A DNA stretch of 64,000 nucleotides, taken from contig JAXHMY010000002.1 in the NCBI GenBank assembly GCA_034520965.1, forward strand, positions 160,001 through 224,000, written 5' to 3'. Within the stretch, counting starts at the first letter, position 1. Every line of letters begins with the position of its first letter. Source of the DNA: Spirochaetia bacterium. Lineage in GTDB: Bacteria; Spirochaetota; Spirochaetia; DSM-16054; Sediminispirochaetaceae. This document shows positions 10,829 to 19,514 of the stretch, piece by piece. The position numbers were made by a program, and so were the translations under genes. Under the pieces are notes generated by a model that was given only the letters and a program-made list of their open reading frames with translations, searched no databases and had not been told where the DNA came from.

Positions 10829-12553
10829 ATGACAGTGATGACTGAAAAAGACCCGGATACCGCAGCAGAAAACATTCAATCATCCCTTCAGGAAGAATAC
10901 CTTAAAAGCTTAGAAGAACTTGAAGAAGGTCAACTAATAGACGGAACGGTTGTGGAGATTACTCCAGAACATGTCTTTGTAGACGTAGGGTATAAATCCG
11001 AAGGGAAGATACCTCTCGAAGAATTCGATACCCCCCCTGAACAGGGCGATGACGTATCGGTAGTACTTATCCGCAAAGAAGGCAAGGGCGGACAGGTGGT
11101 TGTGTCTAAGAAAAAGGCTGATATTCGTAATTTCTGGAAAGAATTACGAAACGCCCACCAGGAAGGCAAGCCCGTCAAAGGAACCTTCGATAAAAATATC
11201 AAAGGCGGTTTTGAAGTAGACCTCGGTTTTGGTGTACGCGGTTTTTGCCCCTTCTCCAAAGCCGATGTTGTTCGTGTTGAAAAGCCTGAAGATTATCTGA
11301 ATACTATAGGCGAGTTCTTAATTGACCGTCTTTACAGCAGCAATAAACTTAAAATCGTCCTTTCCAGGCGAGGTTTTCTTGAACAGGAGATCAACCGCCG
11401 TAAAAAAGAATTCTTTGAACATACAGAAATCGGCGATACCATTAAAGGCCGGGTGAAGAGTTTTACCTCCTTTGGTGCCTTTATCGATCTCGGCGGCTTT
11501 GACGGTTTACTGCATATCAATGATATGAGCTGGGGCCATGTAACCCGCCCTAAAGACTATGTGAAAAAAGGTCAGGAGATCACCCTCAAAATAATCCATC
11601 TTGACCCGGAAGAACAAAAAATAAACCTTTCCTTAAAACACTTTACCCCCGACCCCTGGGTCAATTTTGAAAATAAGTATCAGGTAAATGACGTAGTTAA
11701 AGGTAAGGTTACAAAACTTACGGACTTCGGTGCCTTTGTTGAACTAGAAGAAGGTGTTGAGGGGCTGGTACACGTATCTGAACTATCTTGGGTTAAGCGT
11801 GTGAACCATCCAAAAGAGGTTCTTGCAATTGGGGACGAGGTTGATGTCATGATTCTCTCCTACGATATTCAGCAGGGACGAGTCTCCCTTGGTATAAAAC
11901 AGGTTCTACCGAACCCGTGGGAAGAAATAGAGAATAAATATCCGGTTGACACCCGCCTCACACGCGAAATTGTCAAAATTACCAATGCCGGTGCATTTGT
12001 AAAGCTTGAAGATGGAATCGACGGCTTCCTGCATGTAGATGATCTGTCCTGGACCAAGAAAATTAAGAATCCCGCTTCAGTTCTTAAGGTGGGTGAAGAA
12101 ATTGAATGTGTGGTTACTGAAGTTGATACTGAATCCCACCGCATCCGCCTTGGAGTGAAGCAGCTAAGTGAAGACCCCTGGCGTTCACTGCAGAAAAGCT
12201 ACCCGAAGGGCAGTGTAATCGAAGGTGAGGTTACTTCCGTAACGGACTTCGGTATATTTATTCGAGTACCAGGAGATATCGAAGGACTTATCCATAAGTT
12301 TAATCTCCGTTCGCCCGCCGACGACACCCCTGAAGATGAATTACTTCAGAAATATAAACCTGGTGATAAGGTGAAGGCCGTTGTGCTGGATGTAAAGCCG
12401 GAAGCCCAGAAGCTCTCCCTTTCCATCAAAGAGTACCAGAAGGGAATACAGAAGAAAGAAATATCCAAGTATATTCACGATGATCAAGACGAATCAACTG
12501 TCACCTTTGGCGATCTATTGAAGGAAAAGGGGGCCGACTCATTCGATTCGTAG
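10829..12553 (+). CDS. rpsA: 30S ribosomal protein S1
   Basis: Tandem S1 domains (FGAFIDLGGFDGLLHI, FGAFVELEEGVEGLVHVSELSW). Confidence 0.97.
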   Translation: MTVMTEKDPDTAAENIQSSLQEEYLKSLEELEEGQLIDGTVVEITPEHVFVDVGYKSEGKIPLEEFDTPPEQGDDVSVVLIRKEGKGGQVVVSKKKADIRNFWKELRNAHQEGKPVKGTFDKNIKGGFEVDLGFGVRGFCPFSKADVVRVEKPEDYLNTIGEFLIDRLYSSNKLKIVLSRRGFLEQEINRRKKEFFEHTEIGDTIKGRVKSFTSFGAFIDLGGFDGLLHINDMSWGHVTRPKDYVKKGQEITLKIIHLDPEEQKINLSLKHFTPDPWVNFENKYQVNDVVKGKVTKLTDFGAFVELEEGVEGLVHVSELSWVKRVNHPKEVLAIGDEVDVMILSYDIQQGRVSLGIKQVLPNPWEEIENKYPVDTRLTREIVKITNAGAFVKLEDGIDGFLHVDDLSWTKKIKNPASVLKVGEEIECVVTEVDTESHRIRLGVKQLSEDPWRSLQKSYPKGSVIEGEVTSVTDFGIFIRVPGDIEGLIHKFNLRSPADDTPEDELLQKYKPGDKVKAVVLDVKPEAQKLSLSIKEYQKGIQKKEISKYIHDDQDESTVTFGDLLKEKGADSFDS

Positions 12554-12555
12554 TA

Positions 12556-14067
12556 TGTTTAACTCTACCGTCGATGCAGAGAAGCTCAAAACGCTCATCG
12601 AGATCAACACGCTCATCAATTCCGATGTACAAGACGGACGGACTCTACCGACCGAATTTATACGAGTCCGCTACCCGTCTAACCGATGGTGAGTCCTCGT
12701 CGTTGCTCTTAGTTGATAATGAAAATAACAACCTCTATTTTGAAATTGCCCTCGGACCAAAGGGCCCTGATGTAAAGCGTTTCACCCTACAAATGGGCGA
12801 GGGTATTGCGGGCTGGGTAGCACAGAATAACACCTCTCTTATTGTCAACGATGTTGATCGTGACACACGCTACTATTCAGATATTAGCGAAAAAGTAGGA
12901 TATCCAACCGATTCAATTCTCGCTGTTCCTATGAGAATTAAGGACAAGTGCATCGGTGTAATCGAGATAATCAACAAAAAGAAAAACAATAGCTTTACCA
13001 ATGAAGACCTGCAATGGTTAGAAATATTTGCCGGACAGGCGGCGCTCACTATTCAGAATGCAAAGGAATACCAGAAGGTACAGAACGAGGTGTATGCACT
13101 GCAGGACCAGCTACAGCAGGGTCGTGGTTTCCATACTTTCATCGGTACCAGCCCGCAGATTACTGAAAAGTTAGAGGTTGCAAAGCGGGTTGCCGGTACC
13201 GACTCTTCCGTACTAATTCTAGGTGAAAGCGGTTCCGGAAAAGAGCTGTTTGCAGAACAAATCCATCTTCACAGTCCCCGTAAGGATGCTCCGTTTATTC
13301 GCGTAAATTGCGCGGCCCTGCCGGAACATCTGCTCGAAAGTGAATTGTTTGGCCATGTAAAGGGAGCCTTTACCGATGCACACCGCGATCGACTCGGCAG
13401 GTTTGAAATGGCCAATAGCGGGACTATTTTTCTAGATGAAGTGGGGGAGATACCACTTAGTCTACAGGCTAAATTATTAAGAGCGATACAGTATAAATCT
13501 TTCCAGCGGGTTGGTGAGAGTGACCCTACCTATGTAGATGTACGAATATTGGCAGCCACCAACAAAGATATTGAACAGGAAGTCGAAAATGGCAATTTCC
13601 GGCGTGATTTGTATTACCGCTTAAATGTATTGCCGTTTTATATTCCACCCCTGCGCGAAAGGCCCGATGACATAAGCGATCTATCGGAGTTTTTTTTGAA
13701 AAAGACCAACCGTGAAACAAATAAACAGGTCCACGGCTTTTCTTCAGAGGCAATGGATTTACTTTTGTCATACAACTGGCCTGGAAATGTGCGGGAACTG
13801 CAGAATGTGGTAGAGCGTGCAGTGGTATTGTCAAAAGATGTCTACATTAAGGCGGATGACCTCTTGTTGCGATCCCCCGGAAACCGCAGTAACAAGGCGG
13901 ATTACGATGAAACCCAGCTGAAGGATGCAGTAAACCAATTCAAAAAGCATTTTATTCGTAACGTGCTGAAAAAACACTCTTGGAATCAAACCAAAGCTTC
14001 TAAAGTACTGGGTATTCAACGTACTTATCTTTCGAAGCTGGTAAAAGAATTAGATATAAAAGATTAA
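12556..14067 (+). CDS. GAF-domain sigma-54-dependent Fis-family enhancer-binding protein (apparent frameshift near 12650)
   Basis: GEGIAGWVA GAF; GESGSGKE, ESELFGHVKGAFTDA, FLDEVGE, WPGNVRELQN; C-terminal HTH. Likely true start ATG 12556 (MFNSTVDAEKLKTLIEINTLINSD) is in another frame. Confidence 0.9.
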   Translation, partial: CLTLPSMQRSSKRSSRSTRSSIPMYKTDGLYRPNLYESATRLTDGESSSLLLVDNENNNLYFEIALGPKGPDVKRFTLQMGEGIAGWVAQNNTSLIVNDVDRDTRYYSDISEKVGYPTDSILAVPMRIKDKCIGVIEIINKKKNNSFTNEDLQWLEIFAGQAALTIQNAKEYQKVQNEVYALQDQLQQGRGFHTFIGTSPQITEKLEVAKRVAGTDSSVLILGESGSGKELFAEQIHLHSPRKDAPFIRVNCAALPEHLLESELFGHVKGAFTDAHRDRLGRFEMANSGTIFLDEVGEIPLSLQAKLLRAIQYKSFQRVGESDPTYVDVRILAATNKDIEQEVENGNFRRDLYYRLNVLPFYIPPLRERPDDISDLSEFFLKKTNRETNKQVHGFSSEAMDLLLSYNWPGNVRELQNVVERAVVLSKDVYIKADDLLLRSPGNRSNKADYDETQLKDAVNQFKKHFIRNVLKKHSWNQTKASKVLGIQRTYLSKLVKELDIKD

Positions 14068-14086
14068 TGATAAGGAGCATGGACGC

Positions 14087-14773
14087 ATGTCACAACAACA
14101 GGTAAGAACAGAAGATAAGAATTTCAAAACTGTATTAACCACCTTTTTATCAAATAATTGGCGAACTTTAATAGTTATCGCCGTTATTATTGTGGTACTG
14201 GTAATCGGGGGCGGAGTCTATACCCTCGTGCATCAGAATCGCGTTGAAAAATCTGCGGTCGCAGCCGAACAGGTTCAGACACTGTATGCAGATTTGCAGG
14301 CAGCAGAGGGTGGAGAAAAAGATGAAATCGCCGAGGAACTTGTATCAGCGGCGGAAGAAGCCATAGGCAATTTTTCGGGAATGTATGCAGCTGCAAGGTC
14401 ACATTTGGTATTAGGCCGGATGGCCTACGATCAAAAAAATTTTGAGAAGGCACTTGAGCATTTTAATGCATTAGCTGATTCCCAGCCAAAAAACTATTTG
14501 GCACCAATTAGCTTAATGCACGCTGCAACGGCCCATGAAGAGGCTGAGGAGTATGAGGATGCCATTGCAGCCTATCAACGGGTCCGTGAAAACTATTCGG
14601 ATACCTTTCCGGAAGTACCCCATGCTCTGTTTTCGATAGGCCGGCTGTATGAGAAAATTGATAATAAAGATGCAGCACTGCAGGCCTACAATGAAGTTAT
14701 AGATGATTTTTCTTCAAGTAATTGGACAAATTTTAGCACGTGACCGTATAATTTACCTTGAAACTATAAATTA
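14087..14773 (+). CDS. Membrane-anchored TPR protein (YfgM-like); apparent frameshift in T-run near 14731
   Basis: N-terminal TM helix then TPRs; removing one T gives ...SNWTNLARDRIIYLETIN*. Confidence 0.7.
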
Positions 14774-14794
14774 GCGCACGCAAGGGGGATAACA

Positions 14795-17200
14795 ATGCCG
14801 GCTGAGGGAAAGAAAATAAAGAAGCGCTCCACATTCATGGAGGTACGCTATTTCGGCTTTATTATTGCTCTAACGATAATACTGATTTCCCTTGGCATTG
14901 GTGCCGGCACCTCAATTTTCGATAACTTGGAGGTCCGTATACTGGATATTCATTTCCGGTATAAGGATCTCTTTCAGTCAGAAGAGGTAGAGGAGGGGGT
15001 AAAGATTGTTCAACAAAATCCTAATATCTCCCAGGATATTCTGATAGTCGGAATCGACTTCAGGACCTTAACTCGCTTTGGTCGCTGGCCCTTTCCGCGC
15101 TACACCCATGCCGACTTAATCAATACTTTTACTCGCATCCAAGACCAAAATGCGCGGGAAAATGCGGTGTTTCTGGATATTTTTTTTAATGAGCCCTCAG
15201 ATACTGCGGTAAACGACGGTATTCTGGTTGAAAGTATTGAACAAAACAATCGTGTTTTTCTAGAGACTTTGCTGGATGAAGTGCCGCCTCCTCCTGAAAA
15301 AGAGAAAGATTTTCTACGGCGCCACCAGGGGCTTGTGTCGAGTTTTGGCGAAATTACCAGGGTAGAGGGACCCTGGGAGGAACTTACTCCATTTTACGGC
15401 CTTCAGCCGCCGCTCAAGCCGTATGCGGAAGCTGCAGTGGGGTACGGCCACGCAAATTACATTAAGGATGTAGATGAAGTATATCGACGTCAGCCCTTGG
15501 TAGCCAAGTACTCCGAAAAAATAGAGGAGTTTCCCTTTCGGACTCTTACAACGGATACGGAACTTGATAGGGATAACTACGAGAGATTAGCTTGGGCTGA
15601 TAAAAACGGCCAAGAACATCCGATTCCGTATCCCCTCACCAATACCATCTTAGACAACCTGCTGCGAGAACTAGAAAACAAGGCGCCGGTGAAAAATGTC
15701 GACACCGACAACGACGGCGAGACCGATGATTCCTACTTTGTAGTTCATAAATACCGCGATCATTTTCTGCCGGCAATTACCTTATCCCTGGCTTTGAACT
15801 ATTTTAATAAAAAACTATCCGATATTGAGGTTGTGTTAGGTGAGTATATTCGTATTCCCGAGCCCCAATACTACGACACTCAAAACGGGGTGTGGACTCC
15901 CTACGAGATACAGACAGCACCGCCGGAGTACGATGACGAAGGCAACCTGGTTACTGCGGAAAAAACAAAAATAGTTGAAGAAATAAAGATTCCCATAGAT
16001 GCGCAGGGCGATATGCTGATTAACTTTATGGGCCCCCCCTCATTTTCTTCTCCCGGAGAACGGCAGACATTCCCGGTGCGCTCTTACTCGGGATACGCTT
16101 CAAACCCTCCCGGCCCCGACCCGAATGTATGGCCGAGAACCCGGGCACTGGATAATAAAATTATTATGGTCGGGTCATTTACCCGCGGCATGGCGGCCGA
16201 CCATAAACCGACCCCTTACGGCCTTATGTACGGGGTAGAAGTACATGCGAATGCGCTCAACACAATCATGATGAACAACTTTCTTCATTATGCCTCGTTT
16301 TGGGTTAATTTGGCTATTTTAGTCGGCTTAGTGCTTGTTATTGCAATTTTCAGCTCCCGCCTTTCAACCGCCTGGGCGTTTATTACCACCTTGTTTCTTA
16401 TTTTGGCCCTGTTTATAACTTCTTCAATAGTATTCGACCGGGAAGCCTATATTATCAATTTTACCCAGCCGGCCCTGGCAAGTTTGTTCGCCTTCTTTTC
16501 GATTGTGGTGTACCGGGAAATGACCGAATCTAAGGACAAGCGCCGTATTAGAAGTATGTTTGGCACTTATGTCAGCCCGCAGGTTGTTGACCAGATCTTG
16601 GATAATCCTCCCGAACTTGGGGGAGTAGATAAAGACATGACTGTATTTTTCTCGGATATCCGCGGCTTTACGACTCTTTCAGAGAGTATGAGCCCCCAGG
16701 AACTGGTACAGGTATTAAACCGGTATCTCACCGCAATGACCGATATTGTGTTGAAATATGACGGCACGCTGGACAAGTATGAGGGCGATGCTATCATGGC
16801 TTTTTGGGGAGCACCTCTGCCCCAGGAGGACCACGCTCTACGGGCTTGCAAATGTGCGGTGGAACAGCTGGAGGCATTGAAAATACTGAATGACGAGTTC
16901 CCTGATGAATATCAGATGGACATTGGAATCGGCTTGAATTCAGGACGGATGACAGTGGGTAATATGGGCTCGATGCAGCGAATGGATTATACCTTGATTG
17001 GAGATAATGTAAACCTGGGTGCCCGCCTTGAAGGTACCAATAAGCAGTACATGACCCGCATCATTATCAGTGAACATACCTATGGACAGGTGAAAGATAA
17101 TGTAGTAGTTCGTGAGCTGGATAACATACGGGTGAAGGGAAAGAACAAACCGGTTCTTATCTACGAGCTTGTCGACATAAAGGACTCTTCACCGGAGTAG
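14795..17200 (+). CDS. CHASE2-domain class III adenylate/guanylate cyclase
   Basis: GRWPFPR and YGVEVHANAL (CHASE2), 3 TM helices, FSDIRGFT, DKYEGDAIMAFWGAP, DYTLIGDNVNLGARLE (K/D pattern of ATP-specific cyclases). Confidence 0.92.
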   Translation: MPAEGKKIKKRSTFMEVRYFGFIIALTIILISLGIGAGTSIFDNLEVRILDIHFRYKDLFQSEEVEEGVKIVQQNPNISQDILIVGIDFRTLTRFGRWPFPRYTHADLINTFTRIQDQNARENAVFLDIFFNEPSDTAVNDGILVESIEQNNRVFLETLLDEVPPPPEKEKDFLRRHQGLVSSFGEITRVEGPWEELTPFYGLQPPLKPYAEAAVGYGHANYIKDVDEVYRRQPLVAKYSEKIEEFPFRTLTTDTELDRDNYERLAWADKNGQEHPIPYPLTNTILDNLLRELENKAPVKNVDTDNDGETDDSYFVVHKYRDHFLPAITLSLALNYFNKKLSDIEVVLGEYIRIPEPQYYDTQNGVWTPYEIQTAPPEYDDEGNLVTAEKTKIVEEIKIPIDAQGDMLINFMGPPSFSSPGERQTFPVRSYSGYASNPPGPDPNVWPRTRALDNKIIMVGSFTRGMAADHKPTPYGLMYGVEVHANALNTIMMNNFLHYASFWVNLAILVGLVLVIAIFSSRLSTAWAFITTLFLILALFITSSIVFDREAYIINFTQPALASLFAFFSIVVYREMTESKDKRRIRSMFGTYVSPQVVDQILDNPPELGGVDKDMTVFFSDIRGFTTLSESMSPQELVQVLNRYLTAMTDIVLKYDGTLDKYEGDAIMAFWGAPLPQEDHALRACKCAVEQLEALKILNDEFPDEYQMDIGIGLNSGRMTVGNMGSMQRMDYTLIGDNVNLGARLEGTNKQYMTRIIISEHTYGQVKDNVVVRELDNIRVKGKNKPVLIYELVDIKDSSPE

Positions 17201-17240
17201 TGCAGCAGTGCTGCACTCGTTTTCCGATGAGTACAAGAAT

Positions 17241-17972
17241 ATGAAGCGCTGTATATCAGTTAATCTCACCATTATCGTAGCACTGATCATTCTCACACTG
17301 CTTACGCTACCCGTGATAGGCTGTGGAATTCCCAGCTACCCGTATCTGTACCCGCCGGAGGCTTTAGGCGGCGGAAGAGTGGGTTTTAGCCACGATGAAA
17401 ACAACGATCCGGATGCGTTTCGAGGCTACGAAATCTTTTACCGCTTTTATGCAAATGATCCCGATACAGCTGGTGCAGGGGATATGGAAGATTACTTTAC
17501 GGCAGAAGGAGCAATCAGGTCTGTTATTAATGGGACAAGCAGCAGTGCACTCACTTACGGTTTCCGCCGTCTCATCATAGAAGGCAATAAGGCTACTGAT
17601 CCTCCGCCACAGTTGCCAATTGATTTTGCGGACAGAAACAACACTTTCACAATAGAACTTATCGAAGATGAAACTAACGACGTAATTAGATTTACTTATG
17701 ATTCAGTCACTTATAATGTTTTTAGATATGTTCCATACGAGGAAAGTGTTGAGTACGACTATAAACCTTTTTTGCCTGCAACTGATGGTGATTTGTATGA
17801 TTTTACTTCCGGAGAAAACGACATTCATGATGCTGAAGAGGTTGATGAAACCAGCATTTATGTTGCTTTTTTTGCAGTACCTTACGGCTTTGATGTAGAT
17901 GCGTTACAAGAACTCTACGCCAACGGAAGTTACGAGGGGATGGAATATATCGGGCGTTTCAAGATACAATAA
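17241..17972 (+). CDS. Hypothetical acidic lipoprotein
   Basis: MKR + hydrophobic stretch + lipobox VIG-C. Confidence 0.65.
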   Translation: MKRCISVNLTIIVALIILTLLTLPVIGCGIPSYPYLYPPEALGGGRVGFSHDENNDPDAFRGYEIFYRFYANDPDTAGAGDMEDYFTAEGAIRSVINGTSSSALTYGFRRLIIEGNKATDPPPQLPIDFADRNNTFTIELIEDETNDVIRFTYDSVTYNVFRYVPYEESVEYDYKPFLPATDGDLYDFTSGENDIHDAEEVDETSIYVAFFAVPYGFDVDALQELYANGSYEGMEYIGRFKIQ

Positions 17973-17982
17973 GCCGCAGAGC

Positions 17983-18125
17983 CAGCAATTCGCAATTTGA
18001 AAAATTTTTAAAATTTTTCAAATTGCGAATGCTTACATTTTGTTTAAGATAAGTAGTTTATCTTAAAGATATTGTGCGGAATTCTCATTTTGGAAGTTTT
18101 AAAACTTCCAAAATGAGAATTCCTG
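17983..18125. mobile_element. Palindromic MITE-like element, copy A (143 bp, two long hairpins)
   Basis: Termini CAGCAATTC...GAATTCCTG; flanks CCGCAGAGC/TCGCAGAGC (8/9); perfect palindromes at 17988-18030 (21-bp arms) and 18078-18123 (23-bp arms); central IR TTTAAGATAA-5-TTATCTTAAA. Confidence 0.75.
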
Positions 18126-18162
18126 TCGCAGAGCACACTTAGATTTTACACGGAGCAGCACT

Positions 18163-18450
18163 ATGGTAAGCTATTACTTTAACATTGGACTTATTTATTT
18201 TATCATTGGGTTCGGCAGCGCAATTATGTGTTACTACATCTTTAAGAAAGATGTAATTGGGCATTTTATTGGGGCACTTATTGTTGGGCTAATTGGCTCG
18301 TTTCTCGGTGGAGTAATAGAGTTTTACTTTTCAGATATAATCACACTTCTGACTAACTTGAACAATTCTGTGAACATATTCCCGCCGCTGATCACAGCAG
18401 GGCTGCTGTTATGGATTTTTGTGAAGGTCAGTGACCGCAGTGCTGACTAA
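18163..18450 (+). CDS. Small membrane protein, GlsB/YeaQ/YmgE (transglycosylase-associated)-like
   Basis: 95 aa, 3 TM helices, IVGLIGSFLGG motif. Confidence 0.7.
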   Translation: MVSYYFNIGLIYFIIGFGSAIMCYYIFKKDVIGHFIGALIVGLIGSFLGGVIEFYFSDIITLLTNLNNSVNIFPPLITAGLLLWIFVKVSDRSAD

Positions 18451-18619
18451 GTTAATTATAGCAGCATCTTATTCTGGGGCTGTATAGCGGGATGAAACTG
18501 CCGGAAAGGGAACAAGTGCTCTGTAAGATTGCATTTTCATATAAGTATATTATTAATTTTACTTCTGATAATATATATTCTGTCTACTTATATTAAATAT
18601 TACTTCACAAGGAGATTGT

Positions 18620-19483
18620 ATGACATCCAATTTTGAACATATCGAAATGTTAGAACAGCTAAGCAAAGATGAGCAAGAACAGCTTTCCACCGCTTGGATC
18701 GATTTTTATCGTATAATTAAAACACTTCGCAGCCCGGACGGCTGTCCATGGGACAGGAAGCAGACCGCAAAGTCGCTGGCGCCTAATTTAATAGAAGAGT
18801 CCTACGAACTAGTAGAGGCAATTGATAACAATGACGTTGAAAACATACGGGAAGAGATTGGTGATATTTTTCTGGTGGCCGGAATGATTGCCCATATAAA
18901 TGCAGAGTCAAATAAGTTTAGTTTGGCTGAAGTTATTTCTGAAGTGTCTGTAAAATTAGTCAGACGACACCCCCACGTTTTTGGAGATGTCAAAAAAGAG
19001 AACCCTGATGAAGTGATTGAACTATGGAATCATATTAAAAAAAATGTAGAAAAAAACGGAAGTGAGTTCGAATCAATCAATGACAGCATACCAAGATCAT
19101 TGCCTCCCCTTGAACGTGCCTTTAAGATACAAAAGAAAGTCGCAAAGGTTGGCTTCGACTGGGATAACCTACAGAGTGTAAAAGACAAAGTGACTGAAGA
19201 GCTTGCAGAGTTAGATGCGTGTATTCAAGATTTAAATAATCCAGCGCAGCAGGCGGCTGTCGAGGAAGAGATTGGGGATGTACTTTTTTCCATTATCAAT
19301 TTAGCCCGCCATCTGAAAGTTGAACCCGCCGTAGCCCTCCATAAAACTAATCAGAAATTTGCAGATCGCTTCCGTTACATTGAGGAGCAGATGTATCTGG
19401 AACAGCGCAGTATGGATAAATCGGAATTCGACCGCATGGACGAGCTTTGGGAAGAAGCAAAAATCCGGCTGAAAAACCTGTAA
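18620..19483 (+). CDS. mazG: Nucleoside triphosphate pyrophosphohydrolase MazG
   Basis: LRSPDGCPWDRKQT, EEIGD, KLVRRHPHVFG, second EEEIGD domain. Confidence 0.95.
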   Translation: MTSNFEHIEMLEQLSKDEQEQLSTAWIDFYRIIKTLRSPDGCPWDRKQTAKSLAPNLIEESYELVEAIDNNDVENIREEIGDIFLVAGMIAHINAESNKFSLAEVISEVSVKLVRRHPHVFGDVKKENPDEVIELWNHIKKNVEKNGSEFESINDSIPRSLPPLERAFKIQKKVAKVGFDWDNLQSVKDKVTEELAELDACIQDLNNPAQQAAVEEEIGDVLFSIINLARHLKVEPAVALHKTNQKFADRFRYIEEQMYLEQRSMDKSEFDRMDELWEEAKIRLKNL

Positions 19484-19514
19484 TCTTTTCATTTAAGTAT
19501 TAAATATTATACAC

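Noticed and set aside
17983..18125. Palindromes as CRISPR repeats or plain terminators
   Set aside because: No repeat-spacer periodicity and no cas genes; stems are AT-rich, lack U-tails and are bounded by 9-bp duplications
18456..18593. CAGC...GCTG segment and imperfect AT-rich inverted repeat upstream of mazG as a fifth element copy
   Set aside because: No ATTC terminus, no 9-bp duplication and no perfect hairpin
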